Of a stretch of 37,858 nt of DNA, positions 1 to 12,837 are shown in pieces. Below the pieces are notes generated by a model. That model saw only the letters and a list, made by a program, of their open reading frames with translations, searched no databases and was not told the DNA's origin. Positions within the stretch are counted from its first letter, which is position 1, and each line of letters starts with the position of its first letter. Origin of the DNA: Octopus sinensis (lineage: Eukaryota); contig NW_021836839.1 in NCBI RefSeq assembly GCF_006345805.1, positions 1 through 37,858 on the forward strand, written 5' to 3'. Both the position numbers and the translations under genes were made by a program.

Positions 1-424
1 GTTCGCGAGAATGAATAAATGTATTCAATTACATAATTAAATATAGTTTTTTAGCAGGAGATACGTTATGGCAGTCATTGCTTTTTTTCTTCTTCTTATC
101 TGTTTATTCTTTGTATATCCTTTCATTATTCTCTCTCTCAATATCCTGCCACTCCTTCATTTACGCGAATTTCTCATATGTGTTTATCGATTTTAAGCTG
201 AATGGTGTTGTACTATTACACGCTCAAAGTCTTAATTCAGTTCATTTGGTGTGACCTAAATTTTTCATAGTTGTTTGAAAAACTATGAGAGAGAAAGAGA
301 GAGGCCCACGTATGTCATTTAAACCCATTGAAATCTCTGTCTCTTGTGAGTAATAAAAGCATTTCACCGTTTATTGTTAAATGTGTGTTGTCTGTTTTAA
401 TGGCCAACGCCAATGTAGTAACAT

Positions 425-458
<34 letters not shown>

Positions 459-629
459 ATTATAATATATATTTATAGTATATATGTATATTGGCAGGGC
501 TGGCTGCTAGGTAGCCGGCCAGAATGCTAGAAGAAGACCATCAACGATCAAACTACGGGATGTTTTGAATGCTGGACTACTGGTTTTAAATTGATATTAA
601 ATTAATATTAATTTCCTCTCCAATTTTAA

Positions 630-660
<31 letters not shown>

Positions 661-877
661 ATTCTATATATATTATATATATATATGGGTGTGTGTGTGT
701 GGTGTTGTGTGTGCCTGTGTGTGTGTAAATATAAATATATATATTATATATATTATATATATATATATACACGGGCTCATATATTTATATGTATATACAT
801 ATAAATATAAATAATATATATATATGACGGCTTCTTATGGTATTGTGTACACACACATACGCACAACACACATATAC

Positions 878-1277
878 ACTCTTTTACTCTTTACTTGTTT
901 CAGTCATTTGACTGCGGCCATGCTGGCGCCGCCTTTAGTCGAGCAAATCGACCCGGGACTTATTCTTTGTAAGCCCAGTACTTATTCTATCGGTCTCTTT
1001 TGCCGAACCGCTAAGTGACGGGGACGTAAACACACCAGCATCTGTTGTCAAGCAATGCTAGGGGGACAAACACAGACACACAAACACATACGCACACATA
1101 TATATAAATACATATATACGACAGGCTTCTTTCAGTTTCTGTCTACCAAATCCACTCACAAGGCATTGGTCGGCCCGGGGCTATAGCAGTAGACAGTTGC
1201 CAAAGATGCCACGCAGTGGGACTGAACCCGGGACCAAGTGGTTGGTTAGCAGGCTACTTACCAAACAGCCACTTCTA
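878..1277 (-). mobile_element. tRNA-derived SINE (octopus-type), reverse orientation
   Basis: Reverse strand has a tRNA-like head (tggctgtttggtaag ... ggttcagtccc), an internal CA/TA tract and a 3' tail cagtcaaatgactgaaacaagtaaagagtaaaagag. Same family as 8879-8977 and 10856-11243. Confidence 0.85.
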
Positions 1278-1554
1278 TAAATATATATATATATAATATA
1301 TATATAATATATATATATATATCCGCGGGCTCATATATTTATATGTATATACATATTTATAATATATATATTATATATATATATATATATAAGTATACAT
1401 ATAAAATATATATCGTATCTTTACATTTGTCTTGCTCGCTTACGTTCTGGTGTTTGGTAATTTTTCTTGAGAACATTCTTTCTTAGTGGTAAGACCATAG
1501 GGATCTACTTCTAGCATAATGGATGTCGCTTACAGGTCATCCCTCTAATATGTT

Positions 1555-1594
<40 letters not shown>

Positions 1595-2182
1595 ATCCTC
1601 TTCCATGTCAGGCATCATCTCATTTCTTCCTGAATGAGAGAAGGGGCCACGGAAAGATAAAGTTGGAGAAAAGGAGCATCAACCCAGAACTGGATCTTGA
1701 AACCCTGAAACGAAGGAAGAAGATGTTGATGGGATTTGAACTGAGAAATCAGAGAGTTGGAAGGATTAGCACAAGTAACTTATCGAACATTCTAAGGCTC
1801 TGCATATCCCCCCACACACACGTCTTTGTCTGTCTGTTTGTCGCTATTAACTTGCTATACATTAATCTTTCATAATATTTTCTGTCGTTAATTAGTTTGA
1901 AATTATGTCATAAATTCCCATTAATTTGGGGTTTGTATTTTGTTGACAAAGTTAGTGTGAATTAGGTCAAAAGGCTTCATGTTGTTATTGCTGTCGGTGG
2001 CGCCGGTGCACACTGTTTCAATTTCTATGTGCCGCTATGTGTGACTGTGCATGCGTGTATATAATACTTTAGGAGTGTGTGTGCGCATGTGCTTGTGGGA
2101 GATGTACGACTGTCTTTGTGCGTACTGTATATATACATATAAAACCATATATACATGTCCATACATATATGGATATATATAG

Positions 2183-2225
<43 letters not shown>

Positions 2226-2324
2226 TTAATTCAGCTTTGTGGTCCTTAAGGGTAATAAAGGTTAGGGTATATATATATATATATATTATAAATATTATAT
2301 ATATATATATATATATTACAATTC

Positions 2325-2445
2325 ACTCTCAAGGCTTTGGTTTGGTCCGGGCTTAGTAGAAGACTCTACCCAAGGTGCCACGCAGTGGGACTGAACCCAG
2401 AACCATGTGGTTGGTAAGCAGGCTACTTACCATACGGCCACTACG
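2325..2445 (-). mobile_element. SINE 5' fragment, same family as 878-1277
   Basis: ccaaggtgccacgcagtgggactgaacccagaaccatgtggttggtaagcaggctacttacc matches the head of the other copies. Confidence 0.75.
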
Positions 2446-2674
2446 TATGTACATATGAGCTATATGTATATATGTTTAGTCTATTGTATACCTGTGTATG
2501 TATCAATTTGCTTGTGTGTATGGATGTATATATATGTATATGTGCGTGTATCTATGTGCACGTATGTATAAATGTATATATGTATTTAATGTAAACGTAT
2601 GTATCCTAGTGGTCTCTCAGCATTTCGTTGATCGCAGATAACATGTGGCGATCATTCGGTACTATAACATAACT

Positions 2675-2745
2675 GTCACTTGGGTTTATTTACATTTCTG
2701 AAGAAAAAGGATACCCTTCCCCCACCCCTAACCCTAACCCCACAT
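2675..2745. repeat. Fragment of the telomere-repeat-containing MITE arm
   Basis: tgggtttatttacatttctgaagaaaaaggatacccttcccccacccctaaccctaacccc matches 9083-9150. Confidence 0.7.
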
Positions 2746-3754
2746 ATATAAAAAAATAAAAATTTTACGGAATGTGACGGTCTTCTTCAAATGTAAACAA
2801 TTCACGTGATATAAATGGGACTCATATCGAAAGAATGCCACATGTTGTCAGTAGTCTTTTTCCTCAACCCTTGTTGGGTTGTTCTTTCATGCTTTGCTTT
2901 ACGTATGTAAATGTGAAGTTCTGCTGAAACTTCGATGCAAGCTGTGATTTTAGAATCTGAGTTTCCTCACATTTTTGTTTGTGAAATTAAGTGGTTGCCA
3001 CATGTCCATGTAATGCTGGCAGTTTGTTACTGTTATTGTTGTTGTCTGGTCTTCTTTCTTGCCTTTCACAGTTTCCTCATGGAAAAAGCTTGCTGTGTTG
3101 TTAACACAAGTATTATCATTTGTGCATTTTGGCTGAGTGATTTTCTTTTAAAGGGTGAAACATTTCTTTTCAACAACGTAACTTGCTGGCATGATTGTGT
3201 TTTTTCTGTCAAACTTGAGAATGTTAAGCATTTCTTATTCCAATATTTTAATTTAGTCTCTTGTGTAGCCTATCGAAAGATCTTCTCTGGCCTGTCTATA
3301 GAATTGGTGTAAGTCTTGGGTCAGGTCGAAAGTCCTCTCCTTTGCCTCCTCTCGTTGACTCAAATAAGCCCTGGAGATGTGCTGTTATTTCTAGCAGGTT
3401 AAAATGTTTGGGAATGCTGTTGATGACACAACAATGAAAGTGTGTTAATGTGTTACTATTGCTTAATTCTGTTAGGAAGGGAGCAGGGGAAAACTGAAAT
3501 TAAAGAAAAATCAGAATCGTAATTTAATCTTGCTGCAGAAAATATAAGAATTTGAGAAAGAATTTCTTGGAAAATTACTTTGATTTGAGGATGATATGTC
3601 TCTAAAAATAAGGAATGGACACATTTGTTATCCTCAGTGGCAGAAGGGAAGATGAAAATAGTTAAATAAATAGATTGCTTATTATTAGTATTGTAGTAAT
3701 TATTAGTATTGTAGATTGCTTATTATTCGGATATTAGTATTGTAGTATCTACGA

Positions 3755-4550
3755 GGTGGCGATCTGTCAGAGGGTTAGAACGTCAGACTAAACGCTTAGC
3801 GGCACTTTGTCCGTCTATACGTTCTGAGTTCAAATTCCGCCGAGGGGTCAATAAATTAAGTACCAGTTTGAACTGGTGTCGATGTAATCGACTTCATCCG
3901 TTTGTCTGTCCTTGTTTGTCCCCTCTGTGTATAGCCTCTTGTGGGTAGTAAAGAAATAGGTATTCGTCTGCTGCTACTTTCTGAGTTTAAACTCCACCGA
4001 GGTCAACTTTGCCTTTCATCCTTCCGGGGTTGATAAATTAAGTACCTGTTGCGTACTGAAGTCGATCTAATCGATTGGCCCCACTCCCCCAAAATTTCGG
4101 GACTTGCACCTAGACTAGAAAAGATTATCAGTAGTGTAGTGATTGAATTCAAATAATGCCGAAGTCAACTTAGTCTTTGATTCTTTCAGGGTCAATAAAG
4201 TAGGTACCAGTGTGTACTGGGGCGGAGGTAATCGTCTTACCCCCCCCACGAACTTCTGGCCCTGTGCAAAAGATTGAAACATTATAATGATAATTCTGTA
4301 ATAATATTATCACTCAAAGGCGGCGAGCTGGCAGAATCGTTAGCACGCCAGGCCAAACACTTAGCGGTATGTCGTCTGACGTTACGTTCTGAGTTCAAAT
4401 ACCGCCGATGTCACCTTTGCCTTTCATCCTTTCGGGGTCGATAAATTAAGTACCAGTTACGCACTGGGGTCGATGTAATCGACTTAATACCTTGACCTGT
4501 CTTTGTTTGTCCCCTCTATGTTTAGCCCTTTGTAGGCAGTAAAGAAATAA
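3755..4550 (+). mobile_element. Cluster of about 4 full or partial tRNA-derived SINEs of a second family
   Basis: Repeated ggcgagctggcagaatcgttagc (A-box-like), gagttcaaattccgccgaggtc (B-box-like) and gataaattaagtaccag...gtcgatgtaatcgac blocks near 3755, 3965, 4170 and 4318. Confidence 0.8.
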
Positions 4551-4569
4551 TTTCTTGAGGATTGAGTAG

Positions 4570-5405
4570 AAATAATGAAGATAGGAACTAATCTAAGACT
4601 TCTTGCAAAAGGTCATTCTGATGAAAAAGAGTTTGTTAATCACCATTTTGATGCAGGAAATGGTGATACTTCTGTCGAACAAAGTCTAGGTGCATCCAAA
4701 ATCAACCTGCTTTACAACTTTGGCCTGTGATGTTGTCTTGCAAATAATTATGTGATGTTGTCTTGCAAATAATTTCACAGCCCCATGTGGCTTGCAAACA
4801 GACCCATTATTACTCCAACAAATGAAATATCACAGTTTGCAAATGAATTCATTATTGACCAGGATCCTTGGCGAAGTAAAGATATGCAGAAGCTCAGATA
4901 CAGTTGATATTGAAGCTCTGTACCTAATCAAATTCATCAACAAACTCCTACCATCACGATTTCCATGGACATATTCTCACACAAAAGACAAGAGGCTGCA
5001 TTAGGTTATTGAAGAATTTAGATGCTAAACAAGACCATTGCAATGACACAGGCTACGTTATCATCTGCTTCCAAGATCTTATTATTGCTGCTGGGGTTGC
5101 TTGTGGTTCTTTTGCAGGATCAATCTCAGGGATTCCAAATGGGTCTCAAGGAATGGAGTTCCCATTCATAGTTACCATACAAACAATTTCCTGTGGAACC
5201 ACTCTTTCCCTTGACATGCAACAAGGCACAGAGACAGGCATTTAAACAAATTGGAATATATCTTCCAACACAATTCTTCTCTCGTGGTCAGCTGTAAGTT
5301 TCACTTTCTAGAGTTTGGATGAAGCCTAATGTAAAACTATTGGCTGAGAGAAATAGAAACTGTATATTTACTGACAATTCTGTCCACAAGGAGGTTCTAC
5401 TTGAA
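4570..5405 (+). pseudogene. Helitron Rep/PIF1-helicase C-terminal relic, frameshifted with stops
   Basis: Translated pieces NLDAKQDHCNDTGYVI, KQFPVEPLFPLTCNKAQRQAFKQIGIYLPTQFFSRGQL*VSLSRV and DNSVHKEVL follow the PIF1/Helitron pattern NL..gLCNGTR / QFP...FAmTINKSQGQt..vGiYL..vFsHGQLYVAlSRV / NiVykEVL. Confidence 0.85.
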
Positions 5406-5809
5406 AACAAAATATGCATTTTAAGTATGTTTCACTAAATGGAATTACACTCTTCATTTTTGGGAACATCCCACAGGATATTTAAACTGTTTATATAACA
5501 ATGGACGTATTTAGGGACATGCCGGGGCTTACAACAACAACGCCAACAACAATGAAATTTCAATCTTTATTTCCAAAGTTAATCTCCAACAAAAGGGAGC
5601 TAAACAAATAAAGGGATCTCCATGTGGTAAATATATCTGCTAGAATTAGTAGCCGGATCCTACTCTATTCATCCACTTATCATCTTATTAAAGAATGACA
5701 CATTAGACAGGAGGAAACATGATGGTCCTGGATGGAAGGCATTTAATCATATGCCTGTGTGTGGTGAAGGTAAACTTGGGGTTAAACAACAGCAATATTT
5801 ACAAGAAAT

Positions 5810-6015
5810 TCAACTGAAGTCTGATAATAAACATTCAAGCGCCGAGAAACATTCGGTTTCTAAAAGTGCTTCTTTTAATGTTTGAGGTGTACGTTTCGCT
5901 GGATCGCAACCTCGAAACCATTTGAGAAGCATCTGAAAGCCTTGTTCCATAACGCTGTACGAATGGTCAATCTTGATGATTTCCAGGTCATCTTGTGTAA
6001 TTTCTAATTCCCTTC
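5810..6015 (-). CDS. Terminal coding exon encoding the C-terminal part of a death domain
   Basis: Acceptor cattatttcttgttgcatcttttgcag, then a 206-nt phase-1 exon reading (G)RELEITQDDLEIIKIDHSYSVMEQGFQMLLKWFRGCDPAKRTPQTLKEALLETECFSALECLLSDFS*. This fits the death-domain pattern LgreL...i..i......e....mL..W.......t...L..AL. Absent from the ORF track because it does not start with a start codon. Confidence 0.8.
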
Positions 6016-6399
6016 CTGCAAAAGATGCAACAAGAAATAATGAAAAAGCATTATTAACGATAATATAAAACCTGTGAACTGTAAATTATAGATTTGACAA
6101 AGAAATTACGTGAATAGACGAATAAGAAATACTGAAGAAACACGGAAATTAGAAGACATTGTTATCTGTTTCTAAAGATTTTGAGAAAAATAACAAACAA
6201 GTTGAAATAAAAGCTGGAATTGGAGAAAACATTTTAAAATCGAATAAAATTGAAAGTAACACATGAGAAATCTTCTGGTAAACAACTGGCAGGAGAAGTG
6301 TTGTGTGGGCAGCAGTATACGAAAAGCTCAAGAATCAACAAAGACAACCAATAGTTACACCATTTCATTATCCATTCAAATGCTTTGCCTTCTCTTCAT

Positions 6400-7930
6400 A
6401 GGAAGGTTATAGGGGTAGAGTCCTCAGGCACCTCCTTCATACGATCCTATCTAAAGTAACCTTGATTAGACATTCTGAGAGGATTTCCAAGCACAACCGA
6501 TTGAAACAATGGGTTTTATGCAAAATTTTTTCTTGGTTTAACCCTAGGTCTCTTGTCAGTTGTCTCAGCTCGATGAATCCCTTTTGATTCTTTTCTGGGA
6601 CATTTTAATCACATGCCGGTAGTATTGAAGCAGCTGTGACCTCTCAATGCAGAGAAGCAGTCGTTTGGCCTGGAGACACACCCAAATCCGAAGCTGGATG
6701 CGTTACTCCAGAGACTTCAAAGAAACTCAATTTCAGTCGTTTTGATAACATCCCATATTCAAAGAGTGAAATAGTCATCTGTGATGTGGTCCCTCCTATC
6801 ATTAGTAAATAATTAAAGATTATCAAAATTCAGAAATATCTCGAAAGTGGGGAATGACTTCAACGGCACAAAGTAAAAATATAACACTGTTAGGTACATA
6901 TTACATATTATAGAAGATACCAGCTCAAAAGTTAGTTTTGGAATACTGATTCCTAAAAAGGAATTACTTCACTGGCTGAAGGCCACAATTTCAAAAGATA
7001 CTTATACAGGAGAGGCCCAAGAGTAAACAAAGCAATGAGAAAAGTTTTAGTTTGTAAGCAATAACAGAACATCTACACCGTACACCTACAACACTTGGGT
7101 CCTGAAAGAATCCCTGCATCCTCAAACATCTACATCATCTGGAAAGTTATCACAATTTATATGCAGGGGAGAGAAAAGGGGTTAATAGGAATTCTATATG
7201 GTATCTAAACAACACAATAGGTGCAGTGGTATCACAGGCAAGTTTACAGGGAGGTCGGGTTAGGGTGGGGGAAGACTTTTTAAGTAGCAGATACACGGGA
7301 TTAGTTGTAGTAAGAACAAGTATGAAAGACCTATAGTTTCTCTAACCTAGGAGACATAATTAGAAGTGGGTGGGTGGAGGTCTATTCTCAAAGTGCAGTG
7401 CTTAGAGGAAAAATGAGATGGAAAATGTACAGGGAACTGTTATGTCTACTGACAACTAAGGGATTCTGTCTCCAAACGAAGGAGAGATTGCATGATGTGT
7501 ATTTGTAAAGTGCAATGATGCATTTAATGTAGAGGATGCATGAAAACTGGTAAGAAATGAGGTGAGCATATTTCACTAGAAATGTAATGTTAATGTGTTG
7601 AAAACCTGGGGTTAGGGAAAACTGGGTCTCAGAAGAATCTGTGATAGTGCACAATATAGTATAGATTTAGAAGGGATATGGTAAAAGAAATTTGGATAAA
7701 GAAGTGCCTGGAATTCAAGTGGAAGAAAACAAGCGATTAAACCTGACAAACAACCACAACGACTGTGGGAGAAGTCGTCTGACACATACAAACTTGGAGA
7801 AATGAACGTAATATGCTGATATATTGGACTGGTGTAATGGATTGATTTTTACCCCAGTATTTGACTGGTACATTTTGTATGACTGCCAGAGAGATAACAA
7901 ATTGGCAATGTCACAGATGATGTCCTCTCT
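6400..7930 (-). mobile_element. Possible very degenerate L1/Tx1-like LINE ORF2 relic
   Basis: Weak minus-strand peptide echoes only (YQSNTGVKINP, SFVWRQNPLVVSR, an ~88-codon open stretch ending near 6440). No clean RT motif seen. Confidence 0.25.
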
Positions 7931-8520
7931 TAATTTAGATAAATCGTTTCTATCAGCTGACTAAAGGGATTACGTTACGACCTCTTGAATCTGGGGACTA
8001 GATTTGAACCTTTCACCTCTGATTATATACACACACACATATACACACACACACATATACACACACACACATATACACACACACATATATAATTTTTGCC
8101 GCTTTTTATAGAGATAAAGAGGGTTTATAAGGCTGCAAAAAGGAAGTGCTCAAGTGTAATTGAGACAGAGAGAGATAAAGAAACATCGATCAGAGAAGAA
8201 ACATGAAATTCGAGTCAACAACTTTATACATAACACCGTCTCTTATCAAACATTTGATCATATCTAAATACTACCCTGGCCTTTAAACATATAAAAAGAA
8301 TACATATATAAAAAAATACAGTAGGTAAAAAATACATGCAAATAAAAATACAGATATACAGAATGGCTTATCAAGAAGGTTTGTATAATTGATTAAGAAT
8401 TCTAAAGTGTGTCGTGCGACTAAAAACCTAAATAAAATATCAATTGACTAAAAAGATTTTTTTATTCCCCTCAAACACAAAAAAAGAAGAAAGTCAAAAT
8501 AGTTCATTTCATAAAACCAT

Positions 8521-8715
8521 GGGGTACTACTTGAGAACAGTGGTCCGGTGCGCGCACTCGCATTAGCTAGTCATGACTAGTCGATCTTTTCTTGTGTTTT
8601 TGAGTTTTATTTACTTTGCTTTAAAAAAAATATATTTGTGTCCGTGCTAGCTAGTCGTGACTAGTCGATTCTACAACGACTTCCTAGCAAAGTAAATAAA
8701 ACACAAAATAAATAA
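8521..8715. mobile_element. Partial copy of GC-rich MITE family A
   Basis: ggggtactacttgagaacagtggtccggtgcgcgcactcgc and gctagctagtcgtgactagtcgattctacaacgacttcctagcaaag match 13496-13581 and 15205-15312. Shows the empty site of the insertion at 13582. Confidence 0.75.
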
Positions 8716-8721
8716 TTTTTT

Positions 8722-9245
8722 GGATCTTTTCGGTTTGAACGGCAGTTTTTTGTAGCGGTGTCATATGAAATTGTCACCCATAATTATGACCCTAGTATCA
8801 ATCTATTGCATTTCAATCTGTTTTAGGGTTAAGGGTGGGTGGAAGGATAACTTTTTTGTTCAGAAATGTAAATAAATAGGCGCAGGAGTGGCTGTGTGGT
8901 AAGTAGCTTGCTTACCAACCACATGGTTCCGGGTTCAGTCCCACTGCGTGGCACCTTGGGCAAGTGTCTTCTACTATTGAGAAAATTCTATATGTTGTAA
9001 GATATTTCGACTTTAATTTCGAGCATTTCAGCAATTTTAACATTCCGTGCTGTATGAATATGTCCCTCGTTTAAGAAACAGATTGGGTTTATTTACATTT
9101 GTGAAGAAAAAAAGATACCCTTCTCCTTCCTCCAACCCTAACCCTAACCATATCTCTAAACCTAACCCTAAAATAGATTGAAATGCAATAGATCGATACT
9201 AGGGTCATAATCATGAGTGACAATTTCATTTGACACCGCTATCAA
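8722..9245. mobile_element. Fold-back MITE with (CCCTAA)-like repeats, centre interrupted by a SINE head
   Basis: Inverted arms tagcggtgtcatatgaaattgtcacccataattatgaccctagtatc... (from 8753) and ...gatactagggtcataatcatgagtgacaatttcatttgacaccgcta (to 9241). Confidence 0.85.
8879..8977 (+). mobile_element. 3'-truncated tRNA-derived SINE head inside the MITE
   Basis: aggcgcaggagtggctgtgtggtaag...ggttcagtcccactgcgtggcaccttgggcaagtgtcttctactat is the reverse complement of the head of 10856-11243. Confidence 0.85.
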
Positions 9246-9267
9246 AAAATCCCATTTTCCGTGGCGA

Positions 9268-9830
9268 GGGAGATAGATAGATAGAGAGAGGGGGAGATAG
9301 ATAGAGAGAGAGGGAGATAGATAGATAGAGAGAGGGGGAGATGGATAGAGAGAGAGGGAGATATATAGCTAAAGAGAGAGGAGATAGCTAGCTAGAGAGA
9401 GAGGGAGATAAAAGATAGAGAGAGAGAGGGAGATAGATAGCTAGAGAGAGAGAGAGGAGATAGATAGATGGAGAGAGAGGAGATAAATAGATAGAGAGAG
9501 AGAGAGAGGAGATAAATAGATAGAGAGAGAGAGAGGGAGATAGATAGCTAGAGAGACAGGAGATAGATAGATAGATAGAGAGAGAGAGGAGATAAATAGA
9601 TAGAGAGAGATAGGGAGATAGATAGATAGAGAGGGAGATAGATAGAGAAAGAGAAAGACAGATAGAAAGATAACGAGGTAGACAGAGAGAGAGAGAGAGA
9701 GAGAAAGATAGAGAGAACGATAGAGAGAGAAATAGTATGTAAATAGAGAGAGAGAGAGACAGAGAGAGAGGCAGTTTTATGAATAGATAGAGACAGATAT
9801 AGATAGGTAGGCAGAGAGGCAGGCAGAGAG
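9268..9830. repeat. Compound (GA)n/(GATA)n microsatellite
   Basis: Direct inspection. Explains the LS-rich ORFs at 9388-9979. Confidence 0.95.
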
Positions 9831-10652
9831 ACATTTAAAAGCATGGATGTCAGTGTATATACAACTGAATCTACGTTCGTGATTTCATCAATTTGTCTGT
9901 TTATGTCTGGGTAACGAATCTCTATGTTGTATTGTAACATAACAATAATATATAAACATGCATCTATCCACCTATCCATACACAGATACGTAAACTCTAT
10001 CTTATGACAAGATATAAGACAAGAAAAATCTGTACCTTGCAGAAAGACAGAATATTTCCAGGTGTAGGACTCCCAAAAGCCATTTCATTCTGGCTCTGGG
10101 TCGCGCGGATGAATAAATTGTATTCAGTTCTTAAGAATATATTTAATGTTAAGCAGGAGGTCATTCAGGGCAGCCAATAAAGCGAGTCATTGTATTTTTT
10201 CTTTGTTGGTTGCCTTTCATTCTTATCTCTCAATATCCTGTCACTCCTTCACTCACGGGAATTTCTGAAATTACAGCTGTGACCTAGTTTTACCCTAATT
10301 GTCCAAAGAGCTATGTGTATATGTATGTGTGTGTAGAGAGACAGAGAGAGAGAGAGGGAGAGAGAGAGAGAGAGAGAGAGGAAGAGAGAAGGGGTGGGCA
10401 ACACCTACGCATGTTGATTGTATATTATTAACCCATTGAAATCGTTTTGGATTTCGTGAGCAATAAAAGCCGAACACATTTTGTTGTTAAAGGCGCGTTG
10501 CGGTTTTATTGGCCAACGTCTATGCATTGTAGCAACATGATCATACACACACACAGACACACAGACAACACAATTCACACACAGACATACTTATGTATTA
10601 TGTATATATAGATACGTGTGTGTGTGTGTGTGTGTGTGTATTATACGTGCAT

Positions 10653-10830
10653 GGCAGAAACGTTAGCAGTCTGGGCGAAATGCGTAGCCGTATTTCGTCT
10701 GTCGTTACGTTGTGAGTTCAAATTCCGCCGAGGTCGACTTTGCCTTTCAGCCTTTTGGGGTCGGTAAATAAAGTACCAGTTACGCACTGGTGTCTGTCCC
10801 CTCTATGTTTGGCCCTTTGTGGGCAATAAA
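10653..10830 (+). mobile_element. tRNA-derived SINE, second family, internally deleted
   Basis: tggcagaaacgttagca ... gagttcaaattccgccgaggtcgactttgcc ... gtaccagttacgcactgg. Confidence 0.8.
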
Positions 10831-10855
10831 GAAATATATATGTATATGTATATAC

Positions 10856-11408
<553 letters not shown>

Positions 11409-11510
11409 GTCTGTGGTGTGTGTGTGAGAGAGAGAGAGAGTGTATGGTTAATGAAATATATTCAATGAGAATACAATATACTGAATTTCAAATAATGCTC
11501 TTGGTAGGAA

Positions 11511-11600
11511 ATGTCTAAAGCATTAAAGATATTTAGACATAATATATTTATATATATATGGATATATATATATATATAATATATATATATATATATGTGT

Positions 11601-11660
<60 letters not shown>

Positions 11661-12186
11661 TGTGTATGTGTGTGTGTGTGTGTATATATATATTTAATAA
11701 TATAAGTGTAAATAATTGTTAATTTTAAAAAACCAACATTTATTCCCGGGTAGATTTCGGTATGTAAATATAACTATTATCGGTAGGACCTTTTTAAAAA
11801 AATTATACATATATAAAAGAGCAAGCAACATACCGAAAAAAATAGAAATAGCAGTCAAAGACCGTTTATTTCTATTTTATACAAATATAACTCCACATAT
11901 AACTCCATATACATGTATGTGGAGTTATATTTGTATAAAATAGAAATAAACGGTCTTTGACTGCTATTTTTAGTGGAGTTATATTTGTATTAGATAGAAA
12001 TAAACGGTCTTTGACTGCTATTTCTATTTTTTTCGGTATGTGGCTAAGCACCTGTTGCTTGCTCTTTTATATAAGTATATTTTTAAAAAGGTCCTACCGA
12101 TAATAGTTATATTTACATACCGAAATCTACCCGGGAATAAATGTTGGTTTTTTAAAATTAATTAATATTTACCCTTATATTATTAA

Positions 12187-12221
<35 letters not shown>

Positions 12222-12288
12222 TACACACACACACACGCACACATACATACACACACACATACACACACACGCATACACACACATACAT

Positions 12289-12329
<41 letters not shown>

Positions 12330-12391
12330 CATATATATATACATATATATAAAACTATATTATGTCTAAATATCTTTAATGCTTTAGACAT
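11511..12391. repeat. About 880-bp imperfect palindrome including mirrored microsatellites
   Basis: Ends atgtctaaagcattaaagatatttagacataata / tattatgtctaaatatctttaatgctttagacat. (TG)n is mirrored by (CA)n, and the unique arms are complementary around atacatgtat at 11909-11918. Confidence 0.9.
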
Positions 12392-12555
12392 ATATGTGGA
12401 GTTATATTTGTATAACATAGAACTAAAGTGGTTAGGGGATGTGCTCTGGCTTGGTGCAGGTGCTCTGGCTTTCCGCACCTGGCGTTTCTGTTCCGCTGAC
12501 TGAATCCGTCTCTCCTCAGCTGTCTTGGCTCCTGTGGTGGTTGCGCTGCGCCAGG

Positions 12556-12586
<31 letters not shown>

Positions 12587-12709
12587 ATTTTAATCCAAAC
12601 GGGAAACAAAAAAACAACAACAATGGAACAATTACGGAACAATTACAGTATTATTATTAATAGGCGCTCAGGAAATGGAAGCAGGGAGATATATATATAT
12701 ATATAGATA

Positions 12710-12763
<54 letters not shown>

Positions 12764-12799
12764 AAGGAGAGAGAGAGATAGAATAGCGAGCGAGAGATA

Positions 12800-12837
<38 letters not shown>

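Noticed and set aside
3381-3394. 14-nt match (ctagaaataacagc, reverse) to the array monomer
   Set aside because: Too short for AT-rich DNA, so chance is plausible. A shared origin with an interspersed repeat cannot be shown.
2935-3420. 125-aa plus ORF and a short minus open frame
   Set aside because: No recognisable motif or splice context. Possibly very old TE debris.
3755-4550. tRNA genes
   Set aside because: A/B-box heads continue into SINE bodies, with no complete cloverleaf.
4612-4630. ctgatga..aaa motif
   Set aside because: Within the Helitron coding relic, with no flanking stems.
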